64,000 nucleotides of DNA from an uncultured Verrucomicrobiae bacterium (GTDB lineage: Bacteria > Verrucomicrobiota > Verrucomicrobiia > Chthoniobacterales > UBA10450): contig CAVSDR010000006.1 of NCBI GenBank assembly GCA_963726745.1, positions 384,001 to 448,000 of the forward strand, in the 5' to 3' direction. Below, piece by piece: positions 52,951 through 62,182 of the stretch (position 1 is the stretch's first letter; the number at the start of each line of letters is the position of its first letter). The notes below the pieces were generated by a model that was given only the letters and a program-made list of their open reading frames with translations, was not told the origin of the DNA and made no database searches. The position numbers were made by a program, and so were the translations under genes.

Positions 52951-53948
52951 TTTAGCCAGCGCTTTCCTGCTCGGCCTGGCGCTCGCCGGCCCGCTCGCGG
53001 CCGAGCCGTTCTTCAAAGGCGTGACCGTCTCCGCGCAGACCTGGGGCACGGAATGGCAGACGCCGCAGATGGCCGCGACGCTCGACGAGTTGAAGTCGTT
53101 AGGGGTGAACAGCATCGCGATTCATCCGTATGCACGGATCGAAAACGACGGGCACGTGACCTACCGGGTGCGCGACGAGAATCGCCACATCACCGTCCCG
53201 CTCGACTGGGCGCGCGAGCGCGGGATGTCGGTCATGCTCATCCCGCACATTGCTTATTGGGGCTCGAATTTTCTCTGGCGCGGCGAGATCGACTTCAAGA
53301 CGACCGAGGAATGGGACCGCTTTTTCGGCGACTACGAGTTTTGGATCGTGGAGATGGCGAAGACTCGCGGAAGCGCACGGCGCGGCCGTCTTTTGCATCG
53401 GGCTGGAGTTCACCCACGCGCAGGAATTCGACCAACGTTGGCGCAAGATCATCCGCGAGATCCGCAAGGTGTATCACGGGAAGCTGACCTACGGCGGCAA
53501 CTGGGACAGCTACCAGACGGTCAAGTTCTGGGATGCGCTCGATTACCTCGGCGTGCTCGCTTATTTCCCGATCTCGCAGGCGGCCAACCCAAGCATGGAC
53601 GATCTCGCCGACGGCTGGAAAAGAATGGGGCGTGAACTTGCTGCCTATTCCCGAAAGAATGGCGGCAAGCAGGTCCTCTTCGTCGAGGTGGGCTACAACG
53701 AAAGCGCGAAAGCGGCGAAGCAGCCGTGGAGTTTCGAGACTGGCGGCGAAGGCGCGTTTGAGATTCAGCAGCGCTGTGTCGCCGCGGCCCTCTCGTTAGG
53801 CGCGAACCCGCCGCCGTGGCTCGCGGGGATGTATTTCTGGAAGTGGTTCCCGGAAATTCCCGGCCGCGAGGAAAAGGAAAATTTCCGCCTGCAGACGCCG
53901 GAGGTGAAAGCGCTGATTAAAAAATACTGGGCCGCCGCAGAGCGCTGA
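52928..53948 (+). CDS. Secreted glycoside hydrolase, GH113-like (frameshift near 53362)
   Basis: Signal peptide, FKGV, VMLIPHI, WRGEI, then IGLE, LTYGGNWD, FWDALDYLG, AYFP, VEVGY. Confidence 0.78.
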
Positions 53949-53957
53949 ATCTTTTTC

Positions 53958-54106
53958 TCTGGGGAGCGCAGGCTGCCAGCCTGCAGTTTCCGGCAGCTTG
54001 CCGGAAACACCGCGCGACGCTCCCTCACCTCCCGAGCGACCGATGTCTCTCAGTGGTCGCGGCAAGGCTGCCGCGCCCGACAGGCTGGCAGCCTGTGCTC
54101 CCCAGA
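53958..54106. repeat. Composite REP/REPIN-like palindromic element between convergent genes
   Basis: 26-bp inverted arms TCTGGGGAGCGCAGGCTGCCAGCCTG (53958-53983) and CAGGCTGGCAGCCTGTGCTCCCCAGA (54081-54106), 1 mismatch. Internal hairpins at 53986-54008 and 54058-54075. Confidence 0.85.
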
Positions 54107-54118
54107 AAAGAGAGCCGC

Positions 54119-55876
54119 CTAGACCTTGCGCCCAAACTTCCGCTCCAGTTCGCCGTGTGAGATCTGGATCATCGTCGGCCGCCCGTGCGGGCAGCAATAG
54201 GGCAACTCGCAGGCGAGCAGGTCGCGAATGAGCTTCTCCACTTCCGGGTAACGCAGCGGATCGTTCGCCTTGACCGCGTGCCGGCAAACGGTCTTCGCGA
54301 TCATGTCCTCGCCCAGGCGCAGCGCGGAGCTTTGGCTGCTCACGCTCCGCAGGCCATCGATCACTTCGCGCATGAAACGCACCGGATCGCTCGCGGTCAG
54401 GAAGGTCGGCAGGCTGTCGATCTTGAAGGTCTGCGGGCCAAACGGCTCGATCCCGATCCCCATTTTTTGCAAGGTCCGGAGGTTGCGCTCGACCCACTCG
54501 GCATCGCGCGGCGCGAGGTCGAAGGTCTGCGCCAGCAGGAGCCGCTGCGAAGGCACGCCCTCGGCCTCCATCCGGCGGCGGAGTTCCTCGAAGAGGATCC
54601 GCTCATGCGCCGCGTGCTGGTCCACCAGCACCAGGCCGTTGGCGTTTTCCATCAGGACGTAAAGTCGGTTGAGCACGCCGATGATCTGAAATTGCTGGTC
54701 GCGCGGCGGCGGATCGTTCGGCGGCACCGGCAGGAGCGGCGCGGTCTGGTCGGTCTGGGCAAAAGCGAAGCGCGCGAAAGCGTCGACTGGTTCCGGTTGG
54801 GCCGCGTTTTCCTGCGGCTCGGCGTGCATCACCGGCAGGCTCTCGGCGGTCGGCAGCGGCGCCTGGAATTGTCCCTGCCATTCGGCCCGCCCGCTCTCGA
54901 GCGTCCGGCGAATCGCGGCCACGACCGCTTCCTTGACCGCGCCCGGATCACGGAAGCGGACTTCGCGTTTCGCCGGGTGCACGTTCACGTCGACCGCGCC
55001 GGGGTCCATCCCTAACGAGAGGAAGGTCACCGGGTATTGGCCCTTCATCAGCGCGGTGTGATAACCCTCGCGCAAGGCGGCGTTCAAGACCGCGCCCTCG
55101 ATCGCGCGGCCGTTCACGAAGATGAGCTGCTGCGCCCGGGTCGAGCGGCTCACGCCCGCCTGCCCGATCAAGCCGGAGACGCGAATCTTGCTGTCTGTTT
55201 CCGGGACCTCGAGCAGGCGCTCGACCAACTCGCTGCCATACAAATCGCGCAGCCGCTCGCGCAACGATGAAGCCGCCGGGAGCTGGAAGACCACCCGCTC
55301 GTCCCGCACGAAAGTGAAGGCGACCGACGGATGCCCCGCGGCCTGCAGGTGAAGCTGATGCTCGATGTTCCGGCTCTCGGTATTCTCCGAGCGCAGAAAT
55401 TTCCGGCGCGCCGGAAGATTGAAGAAAAGCGAGCGCGCCTCGATCTGCGTGCCGGGCGCTTCGCCGCCGTCGCGCACGGTCTCGATCTTCCCGCCGGAAA
55501 CGAGAATCTCCGTGCCCGCGACCGCATCCGGTTCACGAGTCGTTAGGCGAAAACGCGAGACGCTGGCAATGCTTGGGAGCGCTTCGCCGCGGAAGCCGAG
55601 GGTGCCAATGGCCGCGAGATCGTCGGCTGTGCGAATCTTGCTCGTGGCATGCCGCTCCAGCGCGAGGAGCGCGTCGTCCCGGTCCATCCCGCAGCCGTCG
55701 TCGAGCACGCGAATGAGCGACATCCCGCCGCGCTTGATCACCACCTCGATCTTGCGCGCGCCGGCATCGAGGCTGTTCTCGACCAGCTCCTTGACCACCG
55801 AGGCGGGCCGCTCGACCACCTCCCCCGCAGCCACCTGGCTGGCGAGGATGTCGGGTAAAAGACGGATGCGGCTCAT
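54119..55876 (-). CDS. mutL: DNA mismatch repair endonuclease MutL
   Basis: AAGEVVERPASVVKELVENS, GFRGEAL, DVNVHPAKREV, DQHAAHER, CPHGRP. Confidence 0.98.
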   Translation of the reverse strand: MSRIRLLPDILASQVAAGEVVERPASVVKELVENSLDAGARKIEVVIKRGGMSLIRVLDDGCGMDRDDALLALERHATSKIRTADDLAAIGTLGFRGEALPSIASVSRFRLTTREPDAVAGTEILVSGGKIETVRDGGEAPGTQIEARSLFFNLPARRKFLRSENTESRNIEHQLHLQAAGHPSVAFTFVRDERVVFQLPAASSLRERLRDLYGSELVERLLEVPETDSKIRVSGLIGQAGVSRSTRAQQLIFVNGRAIEGAVLNAALREGYHTALMKGQYPVTFLSLGMDPGAVDVNVHPAKREVRFRDPGAVKEAVVAAIRRTLESGRAEWQGQFQAPLPTAESLPVMHAEPQENAAQPEPVDAFARFAFAQTDQTAPLLPVPPNDPPPRDQQFQIIGVLNRLYVLMENANGLVLVDQHAAHERILFEELRRRMEAEGVPSQRLLLAQTFDLAPRDAEWVERNLRTLQKMGIGIEPFGPQTFKIDSLPTFLTASDPVRFMREVIDGLRSVSSQSSALRLGEDMIAKTVCRHAVKANDPLRYPEVEKLIRDLLACELPYCCPHGRPTMIQISHGELERKFGRKV

Positions 55877-55987
55877 GGGACCGGGGAATCTAGATTTCCC
55901 GGTTTCGATTGCGAGGGAAACCGCAGCCGCTGCGCGTCCCGGCGGTTTGACCATGCCGACGCGAGGCGATACCCTCTCCCCAGCCCC

Positions 55988-56323
55988 ATGATCACCGTGA
56001 CCGACAACGCTGTGCAGCAATTGCGCGCGCTCCTGGCCGAACAGCCGGACGCGGCCGGCAAGGGCTTGCGCGTGCAGATTGCCAAGGGCGGCTGCTCCGG
56101 GATGCAATACGAGATGTCACTCGACTCGCACCGCGCGGGCGATGCGATTGTGGCGCGCGACGGGGTGGAGTTTTTTGTGGATCATGAGAGCGCCCAGCTG
56201 CTGCGTGGAGCGGTGCTCGATTATCACGACGGCCTGACCGGCGCTGGCTTTCATTTCGAGAACCCGAACGCCGCCCGCACCTGTGGTTGCGGCACCTCGT
56301 TCGAACCCGCACGCCCGGCCTAA
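55988..56323 (+). CDS. A-type Fe-S cluster assembly protein (HesB/IscA/ErpA)
   Basis: GGCSGMQY, NPNAARTCGCGTSF. Confidence 0.95.
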   Translation: MITVTDNAVQQLRALLAEQPDAAGKGLRVQIAKGGCSGMQYEMSLDSHRAGDAIVARDGVEFFVDHESAQLLRGAVLDYHDGLTGAGFHFENPNAARTCGCGTSFEPARPA

Positions 56324-56361
56324 CGAACGCCTGAGCCCGCGCTCGCTCCCCACGCGTTTCG

Positions 56362-57768
56362 ATGGATCACACGCTTTTTCGTTACGACGAGCCCTACGGC
56401 CGAGGCCGGCGCAAAGGCAATCCGTTCGCCTGGACGATTGCGATCCTTCTGCTCATCGGCCTGGCCTTCGCCACCTGGCTGAGCAGTCTCTACATCTTCA
56501 GCCAGCCGGAACGGCCGGACAGCTACCGCATCCTGCAGAAACTGCACAAGCTCGAGCAGCCAAAACGCTTCCAGCTGACCGCCGCGCCTGCCGGCGAATT
56601 CCTGAGCCCAAAGCAATTGCACGAGCGCTACGGCAAGCTCGGCCCGGCGGAGCTCGCGCGCACCAACGCGGAGCTCATCCGCAATTACATCCGCAACTAC
56701 TCGGCGGTGCGGGGCGCGGTCCCGTATGTGGTCGGCCGCTTCACGATCATGGAAGCGCGCGAGCTCGGGCCTAACGACCTCTTCACCACCGGCATGGTCG
56801 CGCTCGGCGGCGCGGTCGATTACGGCGAGGTCTTGCTCGAGCACGTCTACCCCGCGGATGCGCAGTCAGTCCCGCTGATGCAGGAAACGCTGGCAACCGG
56901 CCTGGAGATGAAGCTTGAGCGCGCGCACGACCTTTCCGCGATTATCCATGCGGAACATCTTTCGGATGGCCGGCTTCTGCTGACGGCGGTGCCGCTGCTC
57001 TACGGCAGTTACACGGTCACACAGGGCCGCGGAATGTTCAGCCTCGAGCCGCCCTACGACCTGAACATGGCCGCCGGCTGGCCGATCTTCAAAAGCGAAG
57101 GACGCCGCGCGGCGGAGGCAAAATTCGCCAGCTACCGCGAACGCTACGCGCCCGCCGTGCCGGGAATCAGCATTCCGGGCGTGGGCCCTAGTGCTACTCC
57201 CGTGGCCACGAACGAACTCGTGCGCGTGGAAACCGCCGTCCCGGTGCAGACGCCGACCGCGGCACCGCTCCTTGCGAAGAGCGACAAGGCCGTGAAAGCC
57301 ACGCCCACGCCAGCACCGGCCGCGAAGACGGCGAAGCCCGAAGAGGCATTGCCCGCGCTCCCGGTGAAGCCGGACACCGCGCTCGCTTCCACGGCCGGCG
57401 GCGGCACGTGGAAAACCTATCCTGCCGGCAAAATGCCCGCCGGCCGCCTCATCACCACGAGCGATCTCGGCGACGTGGCCGAGCGCGGTCTCGCGGGCGA
57501 ACGCGTTTACCTGCGCGGCCAATTCGTCGTCAATTTCGCCGAGGGCAACCGCGCCGTCCTCCGTCCGAAGAGCAACATGGCGGAATCGGTGCTGCACCTC
57601 GGCGCCCCCTCCTCCACCCGCATCGTGGTCGAGTTTCCCGCCGGCCATACGCCGCCGGCTCCCGGTTCCACGGTCACGCGGGATCAGGCGCAGCCCTACG
57701 AGATTACCGAAGTGCGCAAGCAGAGCGACGGGCAGTTGAACGTTTTCGTGCGCGAGATCATGCAGTAG
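56362..57768 (+). CDS. Membrane-anchored hypothetical protein with two similar beta-rich domains and a Pro/Ala/Thr linker
   Basis: N-terminal TM, 468-aa ORF with host-like codon usage, internal similarity visible by eye. Confidence 0.75.
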   Translation: MDHTLFRYDEPYGRGRRKGNPFAWTIAILLLIGLAFATWLSSLYIFSQPERPDSYRILQKLHKLEQPKRFQLTAAPAGEFLSPKQLHERYGKLGPAELARTNAELIRNYIRNYSAVRGAVPYVVGRFTIMEARELGPNDLFTTGMVALGGAVDYGEVLLEHVYPADAQSVPLMQETLATGLEMKLERAHDLSAIIHAEHLSDGRLLLTAVPLLYGSYTVTQGRGMFSLEPPYDLNMAAGWPIFKSEGRRAAEAKFASYRERYAPAVPGISIPGVGPSATPVATNELVRVETAVPVQTPTAAPLLAKSDKAVKATPTPAPAAKTAKPEEALPALPVKPDTALASTAGGGTWKTYPAGKMPAGRLITTSDLGDVAERGLAGERVYLRGQFVVNFAEGNRAVLRPKSNMAESVLHLGAPSSTRIVVEFPAGHTPPAPGSTVTRDQAQPYEITEVRKQSDGQLNVFVREIMQ

Positions 57769-57798
57769 CGCGGTCCGGCCAAGACCGGCGACAACTCG

Positions 57799-58509
57799 TT
57801 AGCCGCGCGTCTCGCCGATGACCCGCTCGCCTTCGATCCGGAAGACGGCCACATCGTTGTCGTCCAGCCATTGGCCGATCATCGAGCGGATCGTCGACCA
57901 GCCAAAAAGCCGCCGATCGAGAAATTCCGCCGGGACCGATTGGTCGCCGATCTTGAGGTCGAAAATCTCTGCGCGGGTGGGATCGCCATCCGCAGCCGAG
58001 CGCACCGAAGCCTCGCCGTTGAGATAACGGCCGCCCATGAAAATGATGTTTTTGAGCGGAATGCTCACCTGCACGTGGCCGACGCCGTTGGCCACCGTGA
58101 CAAAGGCTTTCCCGCGCGTGTTTCGGCTGCCCGCGAGCAGGGCGTTGATCTCGTTAGCCGACAACTCGATCCGCGCTTTCTCATGGCGACGCGCCGCTTT
58201 CTCAAATGCTTTCCAGCGTCGCTCGACCGGCTCGACCGGCACCGGGAGCGCCGGCAAGGGCGCGGCGTTTCCGTTGGGCAGCGCCGGCGTGGGCGATGGC
58301 GCAGGCAGCGCCACGCTGTTCTCGGAGAACTCCGGCAACACCAGCGGCTCGGTGGAGGAATAGTTCTGCCGCACATGATGCAGCGCCCAGAAGGCGCCGC
58401 CGACAAACGCGACCGCGAGGAAAAGGAAAAAGCCGATGAAGGCAAGGCAACCAATGCCGAGACAACCGGTGCCGGCGCGAGGTGGAGGGGGAACGGTCTG
58501 GGTATTCAT
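57799..58509 (-). CDS. Hypothetical single-pass membrane protein
   Basis: GCLGIGCL plus TM helix, Pro-rich linker, LSANEINALL. Confidence 0.7.
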   Translation of the reverse strand: MNTQTVPPPPRAGTGCLGIGCLAFIGFFLFLAVAFVGGAFWALHHVRQNYSSTEPLVLPEFSENSVALPAPSPTPALPNGNAAPLPALPVPVEPVERRWKAFEKAARRHEKARIELSANEINALLAGSRNTRGKAFVTVANGVGHVQVSIPLKNIIFMGGRYLNGEASVRSAADGDPTRAEIFDLKIGDQSVPAEFLDRRLFGWSTIRSMIGQWLDDNDVAVFRIEGERVIGETRG

Positions 58510-59000
58510 GAGGGATTCGGGAGGCTGGCCTGCGCCGCGAGGAGTTTGGCATACAAGCTCTCCAAGCCTTCCGAGAGCAGGCGCGTGCCGCTGAGCACCG
58601 GCATAAAATTGGTGTCGCCATTCCAGCGCGGGACGATGTGCAGATGGAGGTGATCGGGCACGCCCGCGCCGGCGCAGCTCCCGAGGTTCAGCCCGATGTT
58701 AAAGCCTTGCGCCTGCATCGTCGCGCGCAAGAGCCGCTGCCCGTGCATCGCCAGGCTCCAGAGCTCGAGCACTTCGTTTTCGCCTAACGAGTCCGCGTCC
58801 GCGGTCTTCCGATACGGCACCGCCATCAGGTGGCCGACCGCATACGGGTAGCGGTTCATCATCAGGAAAGCGTTCTTCCGCCGCGTGAGCACAAGGTGCG
58901 CGGCATCGTCGCTCGCGCGCGCCGCCGTGCTTAGGAAGTCCGGGTCGGCCTTTTCCTTTTCGAAATACTCCACCCGCCACGGGCACCAGAGCGTTTCAAT
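58506..59000 (-). CDS. HIT-domain protein (Ap4A phosphorylase-like)
   Basis: LWCPWR, NRYPYAVGHLM, GFNIGLNLG, HLHLHIVPRW. Start ATT 59000 or TTG 59033. Confidence 0.9.
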   Translation of the reverse strand: METLWCPWRVEYFEKEKADPDFLSTAARASDDAAHLVLTRRKNAFLMMNRYPYAVGHLMAVPYRKTADADSLGENEVLELWSLAMHGQRLLRATMQAQGFNIGLNLGSCAGAGVPDHLHLHIVPRWNGDTNFMPVLSGTRLLSEGLESLYAKLLAAQASLPNPS

Positions 59001-59068
59001 CTCGGCCTTGGGAAAATTTTGCGCGTCGCTCAAAGCAGGGAAACGATTCCCGCGCCCGCAGGCAAAGT

Positions 59069-60478
59069 CTAATGGTTCCGCTGCAGGAGCCGGTAACGCC
59101 GCGGCCGACCGTTGACCGTGATCTCGCCGGCTAATTCCGAGGCGCGCGCTTCCGGCAAGGCCGCGAGCAGGCCTGCGATTTCCTCCTCCGGCGCGACCAG
59201 CGCGTCGATCTCGCCGCGGCGCCAGCGCGTGAGCGCGTCGTCTGTTTTCATGAATTGCGTTCGCCGCAGATAAAGCAGCAGGCCTTCCTCTTTCCCGCCG
59301 ATGACTTCGTAGCGCTCCGTCCGCGCGCGCACATTTTCGGAGAAACGCACCAGGGCGCCGTCGTCGTGCCGGTAGCTCACGATGATTTTTTGCGCGGCGT
59401 ATCCGCCGGTGAAAATGCCGGCTAAAACCAGCGCCCAGATGCTCCAGCGGCGTGCGCGCGCATCGGTCCAGGCCGCGAGCAGCAGGCAAAGCGGCGGCAG
59501 CACCGGGAAAATCCGATCGACCCGCTTCGACGGAATCAGCGACATCACCAGCAAACCGCCAAGGCTCCAGCAGACCAGCCAGCAAACTTCCGGCGAAAAC
59601 TTTTCCCGCCGACGCCACCACGCCAGCGCGAGCAGGAGCACGCTCCAGGGCGCGAACTTGTGCAGGAGATGCGGCAGGTAAAAATAGAACGGCTGCGGGC
59701 GGTGGACGGTCTCGCCGAAACGGCCGGCAAATTCCCGCAGCACCACCTGCTCGTAGAAGCCCGGCATCCACGCGATCCCGCCGGCAGCCCAGAGCAGGAA
59801 GACGGCGAGCGAAGCGAGCCACGGCCACCAACCGCACCATGCGCTCGTCTGCGGCGCGCGTTTCCGCGCCCAGAGTTGATAGGCGACAATCCCCGGCAGG
59901 AGAAAGGCGTAGACGATCGGGCCCTTGATCAACATCGAGGCCGTAAGCAGGGCAAAAATCAGCCAGCGATCTCCGCGCGACCAGGGCTCCGCGGCCGCGA
60001 TTTTGCGCCAGATCACCAGCCCGAGCGCAAAGATCACCAGCGCCAGCGGCATGTCCGTGCGCACCAGCGTGGCCAGCCGCGGCGCGAGCAAGTTTAAGCC
60101 AAAAGCCGCGAGCGCGAGCAGCGCCGCGAGCGCGCCGTAACGCTCCCGCGCCGCGCGCCAAAGCAAAATAGCCAGCAAGATGGCGGCGGTGAACGAAGGC
60201 AACCGCCAGGCCAGCGTCCACGAGCGCGTGACCGCATGGAGCCCGGCCGAGATCCAGCCGACCAGCGGCGGCTTGGTCGCGATCTTGCCGTTGGGCGTGT
60301 GCTGGTAAAACCAGTGGCCCGCTTCGGTCATCTCAAAGGAGGTAAAGGCCTGCTTCGCCTGGTCGTAATCGTCCAGCGTCCAGGGCAGATTCGTTAGGCT
60401 AAAAAGAAGCGCGAGCAACAGCGCCACCGCCACCAGCGGCCCGCGGCGCTCGAGCAAGTCGCCGTCTATTCCTGCCAT
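59069..60478 (-). CDS. ArnT/PMT-family (GT-C) glycosyltransferase
   Basis: KPPL, WRLPS, RTDM, LIKGP, YFYL, SKRVDRIFP, multi-TM. Confidence 0.85.
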   Translation of the reverse strand: MAGIDGDLLERRGPLVAVALLLALLFSLTNLPWTLDDYDQAKQAFTSFEMTEAGHWFYQHTPNGKIATKPPLVGWISAGLHAVTRSWTLAWRLPSFTAAILLAILLWRAARERYGALAALLALAAFGLNLLAPRLATLVRTDMPLALVIFALGLVIWRKIAAAEPWSRGDRWLIFALLTASMLIKGPIVYAFLLPGIVAYQLWARKRAPQTSAWCGWWPWLASLAVFLLWAAGGIAWMPGFYEQVVLREFAGRFGETVHRPQPFYFYLPHLLHKFAPWSVLLLALAWWRRREKFSPEVCWLVCWSLGGLLVMSLIPSKRVDRIFPVLPPLCLLLAAWTDARARRWSIWALVLAGIFTGGYAAQKIIVSYRHDDGALVRFSENVRARTERYEVIGGKEEGLLLYLRRTQFMKTDDALTRWRRGEIDALVAPEEEIAGLLAALPEARASELAGEITVNGRPRRYRLLQRNH

Positions 60479-61110
60479 AGAATCGCGCGCACCGGCGAGC
60501 CGTCGCCGCCCGCGATCTTCAGCGGCAGCGCCGAGAGGCGATAGCGCCCGGCCGCGACCGCGCGCAGGTCTAGCGACTCCAGAATTGCGATCCCCGCAGC
60601 ACCGAGCGCGTGATGATTAGGCAGCGACTTGGAGGTGATCTCATCGACCGAAGGGACGTCAAACCCGAGCAATTGCACGCCCCGCGCCTGCAGCCATGCC
60701 GGCACTTCCGGCGCGATCGTCGGGATCGCCTCCGGAAAAACTTCCGAGTCGGTCCAGACGTTCGTCTTCAGGAGCAAACGCGGGATCGTCCGCAGCTCCT
60801 CGCTCCAGGCCGCGAGATCGTCGACCGTGATTTGCGGAAGCTCGCCGCCGGAATATTTAGCCGACAAATCGGCCACGATCACCGGCCCGAGATAAACCTC
60901 CAATCGCGCCTGCTCGATCGTCCAGCCATCGTCCTCGAAATGGAAACGCGCGTCCGCGTGGGTCCCGTTGTGCAGGCTCTGGGTGATCATCCCGACGTTC
61001 ACGCTCGAGCCGGTGGCGATGGTGCCGTTGAGCTTGAACTCGAAGCCGACGTCGCCTGGCCAGGGCGCGAGCTTCTGCGTGAGCGTGCGGGAAACGTCGA
61101 AGATTTTCAT
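60466..61110 (-). CDS. kynB: Cyclase-family metal hydrolase (kynurenine formamidase-like)
   Basis: PWPGD, HNGTHADARFH, GFDVPSVD, ILESL, ALPLKIAGGDGSPVRA. Confidence 0.78.
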   Translation of the reverse strand: MKIFDVSRTLTQKLAPWPGDVGFEFKLNGTIATGSSVNVGMITQSLHNGTHADARFHFEDDGWTIEQARLEVYLGPVIVADLSAKYSGGELPQITVDDLAAWSEELRTIPRLLLKTNVWTDSEVFPEAIPTIAPEVPAWLQARGVQLLGFDVPSVDEITSKSLPNHHALGAAGIAILESLDLRAVAAGRYRLSALPLKIAGGDGSPVRAILWQE

Positions 61111-61168
61111 GCGGCGTGAGCTTCCAGCTTGCGCAGCAAAAGAAGCAGGCGCAATCCTCCACCTGAGC

Positions 61169-62182
61169 ATGGACGACCGGATCGCACGACTGCACGCCGG
61201 CGGCGTGATCGATCTGCACTTCGATCTGCCGCTCGGGCTTTTCCTCGAGCAACCGCGCCGCGGCCTCATCGCATCCGATTTTCTCCCGCAGTTCGAAGCG
61301 GGCGGTCTGCATTTGCTCGGCCTCGCGCTCTACATCGAGGACAAGCATCTCGGCGAAGCGCTGCGCGTGGCGCTCGACCAGGTGGCGCTCCTGCTCGAGG
61401 AAATCGCGCAGACTCCGCAGCTCCAGCTTTGCCGGTCCTTTGCCGACATCTCGCCGGCTAAAATCAACCTCCTCCTGACCATGGAAGGCGCCGAGCCGCT
61501 CGGTGCACGACCTGCATCTCTTGCGCGTTTTTCACGAGCTGGGATTGCGCGCGCTTTCGCTCACGCACGTGCGCGCGAATGCGGCCGCGGCCGGCGGAGT
61601 CTTCGCCGCCAGCGGCTCGCCGGCAACCGGCCTAACGAGTTTCGGGCGCGAGCTGGTGCAGGAATGCGAGCGGCTCGGGATCATCCTCGACCTGGCGCAC
61701 ATCAACCCCGCCGGCTTCGAGGAAATCTGCGCGCTGACCCGCAAGCCGCTGATCGTCTCGCACAGCAACGCGCGCCGCTTTTACGACATCGAGCGCAACC
61801 TGAGCGACGAGCAAATCCGGATGATCGGCGCGCGCGGCGGCGTCATCGGGGTCAACGCCATCCTCACCAGCGGCACGAAAGCGGAGGCCACGCTCGACCG
61901 TTACGTCGATCACCTCGAGCACATCATTGACCTGATCGGGATTGATCGGCGTCGGGATCGGTTTCGATTTCTGCGAGTTCCTCTGGAAGCTGCTGCCCGC
62001 GGAGGAACTCGCGGCGATGGAGGCAAAACTCACGCGCCCGCATTTCCTGCCCGACCTGACGCACCACGCGCAGGCCGCAAACTTGACGCGGCGAAGCTGA
62101 TCGAGCGCGGCTTCACCGAAGCGAGCAGATCGAAAAAATTTTGCGCGGGAATTGGCTGCGCGTTCTGCGGGAATTGTTATGA
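61169..62182 (+). CDS. Membrane dipeptidase (peptidase M19) with several frameshifts (near 61505, 61945, 62090-62130)
   Basis: IDLHFD, TMEGAEP, then LTH, DLAH, SHSN, RNLSDEQI, GIGFDF, KILRGNWLRVL across frames. Confidence 0.8.

Noticed and set aside
58506..60221. 571-aa ORF suggesting a long N-terminal extension on the HIT protein
   Set aside because: The extension is an alternative frame of the ArnT-like gene. Only the last ~165 codons are HIT.
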